From Camelus dromedarius (lineage: Eukaryota): 64,000 bases of DNA. The stretch is taken from the NCBI RefSeq assembly GCF_036321535.1, contig NC_087447.1:52454001-52518000 (forward strand), read 5' to 3'. Under the pieces are notes generated by a model. The model saw only the letters and a list, made by a program, of their open reading frames with translations, searched no databases and was not told the DNA's origin. A program made the translations under genes and the position numbers. This document shows, in pieces, positions 51,607-64,000 of the stretch (position 1 is the first letter of the stretch; every line of letters begins with the position of its first letter).

Positions 51607-53079
51607 AAATATTTGTTATACTTGAGAAAATTAACACTCCAAGAGGTGGAGTGCCATGTCCAAGGTCGCCCAGCTGGTCAGGAGCAGAGCTGGGACTTGA
51701 TCTCCAAGTTCTGGTGTCCACTGTCCCTTCTACTAGGTTGCAGCTGCCATTGGGGACACCCACCAGCTCAGGACAAGAGCTACAAATCTGTAGGAGCAAT
51801 CAGACCGATGATATTTAAATACTCAGCTATTTGAAAAGTATAACAACAAGCAGTTAAGAATAAATGCCAAACCTCTAACTGGTTAGGAACACTACCCGGG
51901 GGCACAGAGATTTGTCAGTGTGACTGATGCTTCCTGCTTAAATGCAGCGTGTAGACACTTGTGCAGAAGAAAGGGAGGCTGTGAGTGGGCCACAGCAGCG
52001 GCGTGTGAAGAGCACTGCCTAGATTAGAAAGCACTGCTTGCATCCGAACCCATTCATGTGGCATTACATCCCTAACCAACATAGGACTTGTTATCTCATT
52101 TTATTGATGAGGACCCAAGGCCCAGAGAAGCTCAGGACCTATCCAAGGTTGCACAGTCAATGAGTGCCCACCTGAGCTGGGATTTCAACCTGTGTTCTAC
52201 TATAAAATCTCAACTCCACCCTCTTTGTATCTCTGCTGTCCCTGCTACTTTTGCTCCTTGGAAGGGACAGGGCTATGTATCTGGGGCTCTGGGAACTCAA
52301 GCCCTTTCTTTGGGACTTGCTGGGTCACCTGCACACCTCTGCCCGTCATCCTTCTCTGAGTGCCTTGTTTGACCAGCTCCCTGTGCTGGGCGTGAGGATT
52401 CTGAGGTGGTCTTCTTTCCTGTAGGGCTGCACTATCTAGTAGGGGAAACCGAGCCAGAAACAGGTAACCCACATCCAAAACCACTTCACCCAGCCTGGGG
52501 GCAGGGCAGGAGTCAGGCTGGCTTCTTGGGGACACCTGATCCTTCCCAGAGCCTGATGATGCAGTGGGAATCTGTCAGAGGCCGGGAGAGTGGAGAGAGG
52601 GGAAGGAGCAGGGTGTCAGGTCTGGGGCCCCTACCCCTGCAAATTGTTTTTTATCTGATTTGTATATTGTGCCTCCGTTTAGGACTTCATTTATGCTCTC
52701 AGATCCTTGGCCAAAAACAAGTTAGAAAACCACTGGCTTAAGACATAATCCCAATTTGTTGGCCTGAAGGAACGGTGTATATAATATTGGCTTATCAGCC
52801 TGCGATACCTTGAATCATCCATTCTTCCCATTTTCTCATTTAAAGAAAGTCTATTGTAAATGGTTAATTTCTTCCTTTACGTATATCTATTGACTATCTG
52901 TTTTGAGCCAGACACCATCCTAGGTGATGGAGATACAGAAAAAATAAATCTCTCACCTTCTCTGCATAGGTCTACCTTGCTGAAGCTTCTTCACAGCTTT
53001 CGGGGTGGTTTTTCTACAGAGCAAATCAGACCATCATCATGTCCCTGCTCACAAAATTCAATGGCTCCCTACTGCCTAA

Positions 53080-53250
53080 AGCATTGCTATTTGAAGTAGC
53101 TTTGAGCCACAGACTAGAGGCATCCAAATTATCTGGGGCTTATTAGAAATCAGAATCTCAGGCTCCACCTCAGACCTACTCAATCAGAATCTGCAATTAG
53201 ATCCCCAGGTGATTCCTATGATATTGGGATGTGAGAAGTTCAGAACAGTA
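53080..53250. mobile_element. MER5A-like relic
   Basis: cagaatctcaggctccacctcagacctactcaatcagaatctgca...gatccccaggtgattc. Confidence 0.75.
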
Positions 53251-54550
53251 AGATGTCAGTGCCGCCCTTTACATCCTCATATCTGTTATTACCTGTCTTA
53301 TCTCCACTCTCTTTGCTCAAACACGTTATACTCAATGTCAGTCTGCCCTGCCCACCTGTCCTCTCCCACTTCCAAGCCTTTGTACACCCGGGGCCCTCTA
53401 TCTTGGATACCCTTCTTCTGCTGGCCGCCAGCTACAACTCCTTCCTTTCTTGGAATTTAGACTTACATCCTCCAGGAGCTGCCTTAGATCCCTTCTCCCC
53501 TCCTACCTGTGGCCTGACTCCTACCTGTTGCCCCATTACCCCATCACTTCCCCAGCCAGCCCAGTGTCTGCGGATCTGCTAGAGAACTCAGAGGGCTGGA
53601 ACCCGTGTCTGTCATTTAGGTGGATGTCTGTCTCCTTCAAAAGATGATAAGCCCTGGAGACAAAGGGCGGACCTTTTCCTTCTTCACATCCATCCACCCA
53701 ATCCCCGTGCTGACAATCACTGGGGATGCAGACAGGATTCAGAGTCTACTTTAAGGAGAACCCGGTCTGCGGGCCAGACTGGCTTTCAAAGTAATGAGTG
53801 CAAGTACGTGTTTCTGTAAAGGATGGGATGTTTACAGAGCTGAACCATTTTCAAGGCTGATGGAACCAGATGGCTTCACTCTTTGGGAACATGGTCACTG
53901 TTTTCTCCTCCTCATCTCTTTCTTCCAACAGAAGATCTTCTCATTGCCCCCTGAGGGACTGCTCCTGGTTTCTGAACTGAGTCATGTGTGTGAACCCAGC
54001 TCCACTCACCATTTCCCAGCTAGAGGGGTCCCCCTCAGCTTGGCCTCTGTCTTCTCACGTGTCTAGCACAAGTGCTAGGGAATGACATGCTTTCAGTCAG
54101 CCAGGCCTGCAAAGGGGTGATGCTTCCTTATTTTGCAAGGAGAGTAGGTGGCCAATTCCCGTTACTCCCATCCTGCACATCCAGGGTCAAGTCAATAAAT
54201 TAATTAGTCCTCAGTGACAGGCATGAGGACTAATAAATTAATTGAAATAATGCACTCACTAATATATCCATGAAACATTTACTAAAATCTACTTTGTGCC
54301 AGGCCACTGAACTGAAATTTGGGATACAAAGATCGATGACTTCTGGTCCCTACCCTGAGCAGGGGTCACTTCCCCAACTCACAGGAGGCAGCCTGAGAGT
54401 CTGGAGAAGTGGGATCTAGTGCTTACTGGCCCACTAAGTCACTTTATCGCTCAGAGTCTCATTGTTCTCATCTGTAGTATGGGGATTACAACCCCTGTGC
54501 TGTCTCACAAACTCAAGAGGCTCAAACAAAATCACAAATAAAAAGTGTTG

Positions 54551-54808
54551 TTATCTGCTAATCCCAAAATTGTAATTTATCCCTCCTGCACCCATTCCCA
54601 TTTGGTAATCTATATACAAAATAGATAAACAACAAGGTCCTACTGTACAGTACAGAGAACTATATTCAGCAGCGTGTAATAACCTGTTATGAAAAAGAAT
54701 ATATATATTCTCTATATATATATATATATATATATACTGAATCACTATGCTATACACCAGAAACTAACACAACATTGTAAATCAACTATACTTCAATTAA
54801 AGAAAAAC
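54551..54808 (+). mobile_element. Short L1 3' end with an inverted 5' segment and an internal (TA)n
   Basis: Sense part 54611-54808 reads aaatagataaacaacaaggtcctactg...aaatcaactatacttcaattaaa. Segment 54551-54610 is the reverse complement of the L1 sequence that normally precedes it. Confidence 0.8.
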
Positions 54809-54879
54809 TGTCTAGTAAACTGCAAAGCACTATACTAGTTGTTCAATGGTTACCGAGGCAGGCAGTGTTAGTGGCCAAC

Positions 54880-55245
54880 CCCAGGGCCATTCTTTTCCCA
54901 GGCTAATGCAAACCCAGTTTTGTTTGGGGAAACCAACATGCTTAGCCCTGGGCAACACATCGTGACTTGGCTAAGGCAATCAAGGCAAGATTGTTTTCTT
55001 TTTGTCGGATACTCCATTTCCCAGCCTCCCTTGAAGCTAATGGTAATCACGTGACCCACTTTTGGCCAATCAGATGGGAAAAAAAGTCCACTGGCAGATG
55101 GAGTTTTGGGAGGGCTTTAGGTGATACCACTTACCTCCTAATTCTTGTCCTAAATGTGGTGGTAATGTGTGCACTCTGGTGGCCATCATGGGACCATGAA
55201 GTGACAGGTATGAAGGCTAAAAGTCATCTTGTAAGGATGGTGAAG
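54880..55245 (+). mobile_element. MLT1J/I-like LTR fragment
   Basis: ttcccagcctcccttgaagcta...gtgacccacttttggccaatcagatg...gccatcatgggaccatgaag. Confidence 0.6.
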
Positions 55246-55844
55246 AGCATCCACTTTCCTTTCCCCTTCCTGCATTCCTGAGGCACCCTCTCCTCACTCA
55301 AAGCCCCATCCTCTCTCTCCTTCATGGTGGCTGCAGCCTCTAACCAGATGCTGTCTGATGATAAACTCTAGGAGTCAAGCTGCTAAGATGGAAAAGTTTG
55401 GGGAGATGCTGATCCTGAAAATAGTTTTGCTTCTCTGTGCAAAGCCTTTGGAGCAAAGAAGAGGGAAGCTAGTGTGCATCTGTGATATAGAGACAAGGGG
55501 AGCAGTTCCAGCCCCTTCCCCCACTTAGAGGTCAGAAAAAGCTGGGGGAGGGGCTGGAGCTGCTTCCTTGTCTCCATGTCACAGGTGCACAGCTCACCTG
55601 CACAACGTCCCAAAGACAAGGGTCACGCCCTCTCCTCTCACAGCCTCCACTGCTCTCAGCTTAATAAACACCAAATAATCATAATGAATACATGTGTGTC
55701 TACTGACTGAGGCATGTTTTCTTGCCTCAGTTCCACCAATGGCCCATATTTTACAGATGAGAAACTAGAACTGTAGAGAGGTGACTTGCCCAAAGTCACA
55801 TACTGGTGGCAATGGGAAGCCAAGTCAGGTCTTCCTCATTGTCC

Positions 55845-56050
55845 AGGCCTATGCTGTCCAATATGGTACCCGTTAGCCTCTTATAGCTTGTTAAATTTAA
55901 ATTTCTAATTAAAATAAAATAAAAGTCAGTTCTTCAGTCCCACTAGCCACATTTCAAAAGTACAGAAGCCACATGTGGAGAATAGCTCCTGGACTAGGCA
56001 GGACAGACATAGACTATTTCTACAGTGACAGAAAGTTCTATTGGCCCAGA
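55845..56050. mobile_element. MER3-like relic
   Basis: tgctgtccaatatgg...cactagccacatttcaa...cagaaagttctattgg. Confidence 0.7.
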
Positions 56051-59000
56051 AGCTTGGGATGGCTGGAGAGTAATTCGTAGATCCCCGCTTGGAGATCACA
56101 GGCCTGCACAGTGACCCAAGTGTGGAGCTGGAGCCAGATGGACTGAGGGCTCAGATTGAGGAAGGAGAAAGGAGGGGGAGCAGATGCTCTGAGAGCCGAG
56201 AACGTGCCAGTCATTGTGCATTTATTGATGCTGTGCAGATAAATGAGCTGCCCTTACATCTACCAGACCATTTACCCCTCCTGCCAACTCCATACCAGTG
56301 CCCTTTATTAACCCCATGTGCCAGATGAAGACACCGAAGCTCAGGAATGTGAAAGGGCTTGTCCAAGGCCACACACCCAAGAAACGGTAGAGCTGGGCTC
56401 AGAACCTAGATCTGACTCCAAACCCAGATCCCTGCACTGTGTCTCTCCTCCAGGCCCTTCCTCCCCTCACTCTTTCCTGAAGGGGCTCTGAAGGAAAGAG
56501 ACCAATCTTTCCAGCAAGGAGGGCCAAATTCCAGTAGGGGTGGGGGTGGTTGCCCCACAGGCCCAGAGGGAGGTGCCCTGCCCCCCACTTCGAGGTAGCT
56601 CTGACTGTCTCCCCTGCCAGGGAGGCCAGGTCATAGGGCATGCTCATTCTTTCCTGGGCCGCCCCTCCCAGGCCGGGCTGTTGCTATCAGAGACCTCCGT
56701 AAATCAGGCCCCAGTCACTCACCCCTGGAGACTCTGGACCAGTGGGGAGGACATTCTGCGGCAAGATCAAGCTGCTCAGCAGTCCCAGGGAGTCTGCTGA
56801 AGCTTCAAAGGCCGGGGCCTGATTTACGAGGCTGCCAGTGGCTCCAGGCTGTTCCAGAGCCGCTCCTGCACCAGCTCCAAGCTGTGCATTAGTCCAGGGA
56901 CAGGTCAAAGGGTCTGTGGACAGAGCCGGCTTGGGGCCGGATCTGTTCCTTCTCCCCCGCAAGATGGCTGGGAGTTAGCCACGCCTGCCAGGAGTCGTGT
57001 CCATCTTTAAGCCTTTGGATCAGCGGGGACATTTTTGGCCCTGCCCAATATGAGATGGGGATGGGAGTGAAGAAACAGGGCCAGGACATTCTTAGAGACG
57101 GGGTCCAGGGTGCAGTCTGGAAGCTCTGCCTACAGAAGCAGCCATTTAGCCGGCCATCAGTCCTCATGGCAACACTTCCAGGAAGCTAGTACTCTCCCCT
57201 TTTCACAAGAGGATGTAGAAGCTCAGAGAGGTCAAGTGATGTACCCAGGAGGTAAGCAGCAGGACGGGACTGGAACTCAGATCTGACACCAAAACCTGGG
57301 CTTCTCGTCCTCTGCACCCCTGTGCAGCAGCTCCCTCTCAGCAAGTCTTTCCTGACCAGCAAAGATAAAACTTACAACATATCTTTCATAGGGAATGCAT
57401 ATTCCTTTATACTCTTCCAAACTCTTTCATAAGCTCAAATGAGTGATGAGAGAAGGCTGTGTGATCCAGCACTGGGAAGTTTATAAAATGAGGTGAGTTC
57501 CCCCGCCAGGGCCTACATCCAGGCTGCAACCCGCCCGGAAAGCTGTGGGCCTGGCGACCTCTTGAGTTCTCTTCCAGCTTGATGCCCTTATGATGATCAG
57601 CCTGGCCTTTCTGATGGGAGAGGCAAACTCCCTGCTGCTTCCTGCAGCTGGAACTTCCTGTGTAGAAGCCATCGTAGGACCACTTGCCATTTAAAGACAC
57701 CCACCTCGGAAGCACCAGGATGCCCAGTTATCACAATTCCTTTCTGTAATCTGGCAAAGTAAGTATCTGTATCTGATGTGCAGAAGCTTAGAGGGGTTAA
57801 TGTCCTACAGCCTGTAAGTGGCAGAGCTTGGGCTCAACCTGGCTGTATTTGCTTCTAACCCCACTATGTTCCCAGTATCCCACCTCTAAGGACAGACTAC
57901 CCTGGGTTAACCCAGAGAGGGTCCACGATGTGCCCTGTGAGTGCCATCTCTGCTTCTCTGCCAGACAGTAACTCACCTCAGGGCAACAGTGCACATGATA
58001 GAGGTTACAAGTGTGGATTCGAGAGTCAGAGCCTGGGTCTGGATCCCGGTGCTGCTTTTTACCAGCTGTGTGACCTTCCACAAGAAACATGACCTCTCTG
58101 GGTCTCTGTTTCTACTCTGCAAAATGCAGGATACTGCCTACCTACCTCAGGGACCTACTGTGACCAGGATCATCCCTGGGAAGCACCTAGCACCACACTG
58201 GCTTGTGGGATGAAACTGACGAACGTTCACTGTCACAACTGCTCTCCCTCCCCTGGTGGCAGCACAGGGCTGACACTGAGTCCACAGTCAGTGAGGAAAG
58301 GACTGTTGACTCAACAAGGGGTGAATCGGGATGCTGTACTGCCATAGCGTTGGGTAAAACAGCTGGTGGTGTTGCTGCGGTGGCGGGTGGCGGGGGTGGG
58401 TATTCCAGATGGAGCTGTCATCACGGACAGCCAGTGCAATGGCTCAGGCCCCTAGGGAGCCCCCCTCCTCCCATGGCTTTGGGCTCCCTTGCCTACAAGG
58501 CCCACCCGAGCCAGCAAAGCGCCAATCCTCCCTTCTCCTGCTGTGCCCTAGACCTCCCCTGTGTTCTGTTTTTTAGGACAGCAAAGCAGCTGTTTGGAAG
58601 GCTCCCAGAGTTGCCATTCCTGGGGATGTGGAACGCCTCCTCTTCCGAGGCTAGGATTCCAGAAGGGAAAACCCAGCCAAACATACAGATCCTTGGCCCA
58701 ACAGAGCCAACAGCTGGGCCACTGGCTGACTTCTCCCTGTTCCTTGGAATATTCTGGCAACAAGAAGACATAGTCTCAGCAACCTAGAGAAAATTTCCGA
58801 GGATATCCCAATCTCTCGGGGAACAATTTGCTCCTTTCTCACACATTTAAATCTCCTTTCTTGGAAGATCAATTCCAAGATGCACCCGCATACATATGCT
58901 TTTACCCTGTTCCTGTAAGTGGTTAAGTAAAATTTCAGCAACAAGTCTAAGAATAGCAATAACCGATATTTGTTTAGCACGTGCTAAGTAAAAAGTAACT

Positions 59001-62000
59001 CATCATCTCATAGAGTCCTCAGCCACTCTGGGGATGGGGTTGTATGCGTCCCCATTTTACAGATGAGGAAACAGAGCTGGGCTGACTTGCACAGGGCAGG
59101 CTGCTGGTCAAGGACACAGATTTGAAATCCCAGGTGCGCAGAAGCCCCATCCCTTCCCCCAGGCCGCCTACTCCAACCATGCTGAAGGATTTCACTGGTC
59201 GGAGAGATTTCTTTTCCTCGGGGGTGTTTTCTTTCCTTTGGGCGTGTAAAGTTGACAAAGAGGGTCCACTGGAGTCCGTGGCCCTGGAGGCTCAGGAAGG
59301 AACCCCAAGTAGCACTTTCTAACATGAACCACCCGTTGACTTTCTGGCGCAGCTCAGCCTCTGCCAGGCGATCCCTCCCCTGGATCCAGGGCCCGGGAAC
59401 CAAGGCCCCAAGTTCAGCTGCTTCCTCCAGCATAGACATTCAGAACCTGAAATTCCCCACATTTTCACCACACAAAAGCCAGGTGGTATTTCTGTCCTCT
59501 TCAAAATATGCCAAAGGAATTTCTTTTTCCTCCTGAATGTTCTCCAAAAATAATTAGAAAAAGTGAACACCATTTTGCCTGGTAAGCTGAGAACAGAAAA
59601 ATCAACACGCAGGGTGGCATTTCCAAGACATTACAGTGTAGTGAACGTGTAGCTCTGTCTCAACAGCGTTTGGCAACTCCAGGGATACAGTAGATGATAT
59701 TTCTCACCCCCAAACTCCTCATTGGGCTCACATTCGCAGGTGTCTTTTCCTTCAAAACCAGATCTAAAGCAGGTAAGAGGCGTTAACAGACCAACCATTA
59801 AGCAAACAAAACCTAAAATTAGACAGGTAACTTAGAGAAACCAAGAGAGTGGCCCAGTATAAACTAAACTGGTCGCATCCAAGTTGAGCCCAAAGAGAAG
59901 AAAGCAGGTGTTTATCTCATAGCTGGTGATGTTCTTTGGCTGCAGAGAACCAAGCATAATTGTCAAGGTGCAGGGATTATTCTTAACTCATGGAACCGGC
60001 TGTTCTCAGGACTGTCTGCTGTCCTGGACCGGGCTGCCTAGACCTCTGGGTCTGCATCTTCAAAACCCTCCACGTGGGCCTCCTATGTCTCCCCTACCGA
60101 GTCGCCCAGCTCACTGAGAATCATCTTTCATAAACACTGTTGATCACATCACTTCCTGCTCTGCTGTCTCTCCCGAGCTCCCTTCTCCTCAAAGCCAAAT
60201 ACCTAGTCCTGTACCCGGGACCCTTCTCCCGGCCCCTCGCTCCTGGCAGCCTCATCCCCCACCTCTGCTCCTCACTCCTCAGGAATTTGCTTCAAGCAAA
60301 GCACTTTGCAGTGTGCTGTCCTCCACTCAGCACAGCCAGGGACCCTCCAGGGAGGACACAGGGGTCTCAGCTACCATCGACTCCCAGTCACTACCCTGGG
60401 AGCATTGCCCTAAAGGTGGGCTGGCGGAGGGTCATCTCAGACTTGCCCCTACCCCTGCAAGAACGGGGGATTGGCTCACTCCCATAAGAAAGGAGCAGGA
60501 AGAGGACTAGGCTTGCAGACTGAAGCCTGTATTCATGTCCATCTTTCCCAGTTCCAGCTGTGCCACCTGGGCAAGTGACAGGTCCTCCCTGGAGCTCAGA
60601 CCCTCCATCTGCAAAGCACAGCTACCAAGTCCTGATTCACAGCCATTGAAAACATCATGAGCACAATCCTTTTTATCTCTGGACAATTTCAGTGTGAAAA
60701 GAACATGGTACTGTAGCTAGAAAGGCCCAATTTCTAATCCCAGCTCCAAAACTTGGGGGAAATGATTGAACTTCCCTGACTTTTCATTTTCCCCATCCTT
60801 AAATGGGGATTAAAAACTCCCTCAAAGTGTAACTGTTTGGACTGAATAAGATGATACATATACAAATGGCTTTATAAGCTGTTTAATTGGTATGAATGTA
60901 AGCATTTATCCTGCTGGGTTGAAACCTGCCTCTTGGTAACTTATCCTGTAGCTATAGGTGCCTGAGACATCACTGAGAAATTCTAATCTTGCCATCAGGA
61001 CGTCTGAGCCTTCCTTCTCCTGTCTGAGAAGCCCCACCGCTTAGCCATTCCCAGTGGCAGGGGGTCTCTGGTTTGTTCCTGGCACCACCTGGGTTCCTCT
61101 CTTGGAAGGGTCTGCATTTAAGAAAGTGTTGCTGGAATTTTCTTTAGTGGAGATCTAACCCCAGTGCCTTTGCACCAGCCATTCTCTCTTTTGCAAGAAC
61201 TCCCTGCAGTCTTTCTGTGGAACATCCCATCCCTTTGCCTTGCCATGCCCCATGCCATGAACTTAAGGTCTGAGGTCTGGATACTTACGTCAGAGAATTG
61301 GTGTCCTCTTTGTCTGTGTGACCCTGAACCAGTCATTTCCCCTCCCATAGGCTCTTGCTGCCCGGAGAGTAAAATGAAGAGGTGGACGATGTCACCAATG
61401 AAACTGTCACTGGAACTAGTACGTGTAGAATTTCGCCAACTGAATTTGACCTTGAACCCTCCCAACTTTCCCCTTTAACTTTAAAGCAGAGCTTTTCAGG
61501 GATTATTTAGAAAGGACCTGGACTAGTGTCCTTCACAGCTGACAACCTGTGTATCTACATGCTCTTTGTGGTTGGGGCTGGGTCCTTGGAGAACTTCCTA
61601 TACTCCTCAGGCCAAGCCCAATCTGGCAATAACCAGTGCTGCTTCCAACATACCTGACAGAGAACGCAGAGAGCCCTGCTACCACTACCTGGCTCTTGTC
61701 AACCTGCATCCTGGTATCTGCCTAATGACCACCTGTACTGCAGCCCTCACTGCATCCACTGGGGTTTTAATGACTGCAGAGCTTTCCAGTTCTCATGCAT
61801 CTGTGCAGCCATTTGCTGTCCCAAACATGGGGAGACATTATTCACTGCAGTTTAGTAGCAACAAAAGGCCATCTGGTTGAACACTTTCAGATAAGGGCTG
61901 TTTTCAGCCTCTTTGGCATTCTTGGCTTGGTACTCTAAGGAGAAGCAGGAGAGACTTACACCTCCTTTCTGAGCACCAGTTTCCTGGTCTGTGAAAATGG

Positions 62001-62839
62001 GGATGAAGGTTTCTTGAAGTGATGCTTAAATCATAGGGTTTCTGTGAGCATCAAATGACATAGCAAATATGACAGAACAGCTATTTTGCCCTTTTCACAA
62101 CTTGGTCAAAAAGCTCACCACCCTAAGCTCCTTGCCCCCTCCTACACATCACTGACATCTTGTGGCAGAGCCAGGTAACTGCAGGTGTGAGTACCCAAAG
62201 CTCCAGACGACCACGTCACGTGCCTGGCTCACCTCATTCCAGGGATTACGAGCAACGTCAGCCAGGATCTGCCTCACCTTTTCTAAGCACTTCGATATTT
62301 ATCAACAAATTTTATCCCTACCCCAGCCTTTGAAGGTGAGTTAGGTTTGTAATCATGACAAAGGGAGGATCAGAGATGTGGTGGAGCAAGGGCAAGATGT
62401 GCCCTAGACAGTAAATTTCTGGAGATCAGGGATTTTTCCCACCACATCCTCGTACTTAGCACACTGCTTGGAACACAGTAAGTGCTCAGTTAATGTCTGT
62501 AAAGGAAATGACAATTTTAGGAAACCCCAGTCCCTTGCCAGTTTAGAAGTCCACATGGTGAAGGGGCTTGCTTCAGGTGACACAGGGACAGACTACTCCA
62601 GGAATAATTTACAAGGAACCCCTCCCTGTCTCCTCCCAATGTGTGTGCACAAGTGTTCCTAACCTTCCACTGCCCTTAACGAGAAACAGATTCCCCTGTC
62701 TCTCCTGTCCAGGCTCTTTCCTACTCCTCGGAAAAGGTCACACCAGGCCAGGGTAGGGCAAGGACCAAGGACTGAAGCACAGGAGATGTGTGGGCTGTGG
62801 CAGAGTTGCTGGGACAGGGTTGACAAGTGGCCCAGGACT

Positions 62840-62985
62840 ACATTATAAACTGAATGCTAAGTCCCTCAAAATTAATGTTGCAGCCTAATCCCCAATGCAT
62901 TAGGAGATAGGGCCTTTGGGAGGTGATTATAGGTCATGTGGGTGGGGCCGACATGAATGGGATTAGTGTCCTTTTGAAAGACACC
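62840..62985 (+). mobile_element. 5' half of an MLT1A-like LTR, cut by an L1 insertion
   Basis: gggcctttgggaggtgatta...atgaatgggattagtgtcctt. Confidence 0.7.
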
Positions 62986-62987
62986 TC

Positions 62988-64000
62988 ACTGAAAACAGAC
63001 ATATAGACCAATGGAACAGAATAGAGAGCCCAGAAATGAACCCACAAATTTTTGGTCAACTGATCTCCGCAAAGGAGGCAAGAATATACAATGGAATAAA
63101 GACAGTCTCTTCAGCAAATGGTGTTGGGAAAACTGGACAGCAGCATGTAAAACAATGAAGCTAGAACACTCCCTTACACCATATACAAAAATCAACTCAA
63201 TACAGATCAAAGACTTAAACATAAGACAAGATACAATAAACCTCCTAGAGGAAAACATAGGCAAAACATTATCTGACATACATTTCAAAAATTTTCTCCT
63301 AGAAGAAATAAAAGCAAGAATAAACAAATGGGACCTAATGAAACTTACAAGCTTCTGCACAGCAAAGGAAACCAGAAGTAAAACAAGAAGACAACCTATG
63401 GAATGGGAGAAAATTTTTGCAAATGAAACCGACAAAGGCTTGATCTCCAGAATATATAAGCAGCTCATATGACTCAATAAGAAAAAAATTAACAACCCAA
63501 TCCAAAAATGGGCAGAAGACCTAAACAAGCAATTCTCCAAGGAAGACATACAAATGATCAAAAGGCACGTGAAAAAATGCTCAATATCACTAAGTATCAG
63601 AGAAATGCAAATCAAAACTACAATGAGGTATCACCTCACACCAGTCAGAATGGCCGTCATTCAAAAATCCACAAATGACAAATGCTGGAGAGGCTGTGGA
63701 GAAAGGGGAACCCTCCTACACTGCTGGTGGGAATGCAGTTTGGTGCAGCCACTATGGAAAACAGTGTGGAGATTCCTCAAAAGACTAGGAATAGACTTAC
63801 TGTATGACCCAGGAATCCCACTCATAGGCATATATCCAGAAGGAACCCTACTTCAAAAAGACACCTGCACCCCAGTGTTCATAGCAGCACTATTTACAAT
63901 GGCCAAGACATGGAAATAGCCTAAACGTCCATCAACAGGTGACTGGAAAAAGAAGAGGTGGTATATTTATACAATGGAATACTACTCAGCCATAAAAACC
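62988..64000 (+). mobile_element. Relatively young 5'-truncated LINE-1, ORF2 C-terminal region (runs off the window)
   Basis: ORFs 63011-63472 and 63554-63919 share one frame and encode L1 ORF2 motifs: [19 protein letters not shown], the CCHC knuckle [18 protein letters not shown], and [11 protein letters not shown]. Confidence 0.95.

Noticed and set aside
58203..58787. 194-aa ORF (and similarly 11380-11919 and 39359-39874)
   Set aside because: No recognisable domain or coding-like composition. Lengths are compatible with chance in moderately GC-rich intron or repeat DNA.
62986..63615. 209-aa hydrophobic minus-strand ORF
   Set aside because: Typical antisense reading of L1 ORF2, not a membrane protein gene.
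1..64000. CRISPR arrays, operons, defence systems or another novel multi-gene system
   Set aside because: The window is mammalian intronic DNA. It has no repeat-spacer arrays and no gene-sized ORFs other than the TENM4 exons and L1 remnants.

Overview
This is mammalian genomic DNA, probably from a camelid, judging by a tRNA-Ala-derived Vic-1-type SINE. The whole window lies inside TENM4 (teneurin-4/ODZ4), which is transcribed on the minus strand. Only two exons are present: the start-codon exon (35033-35320, ATG at 35255) and the next coding exon (30398-30679). Together they encode the start of the teneurin intracellular domain. The rest is intron, filled with MIR, L2, L1, MaLR/ERV LTR and MER/Tigger relics, plus a few repeat-free, TAAT-rich stretches that may be conserved enhancers. 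Almost all listed ORFs are spurious, and I found no evidence of a new biological system. The best leads are: (1) an in-frame 12-nt tandem expansion ([11 protein letters not shown]) in a TENM4 coding exon; (2) an open in-frame N-terminal extension and an overlapping uORF at the start codon; (3) a promoter-like motif cluster beside the first coding exon's donor site; (4) several nested or inverted retroelement insertions with readable target-site duplications. Repeat family names and human comparisons come from recall, not from searches.
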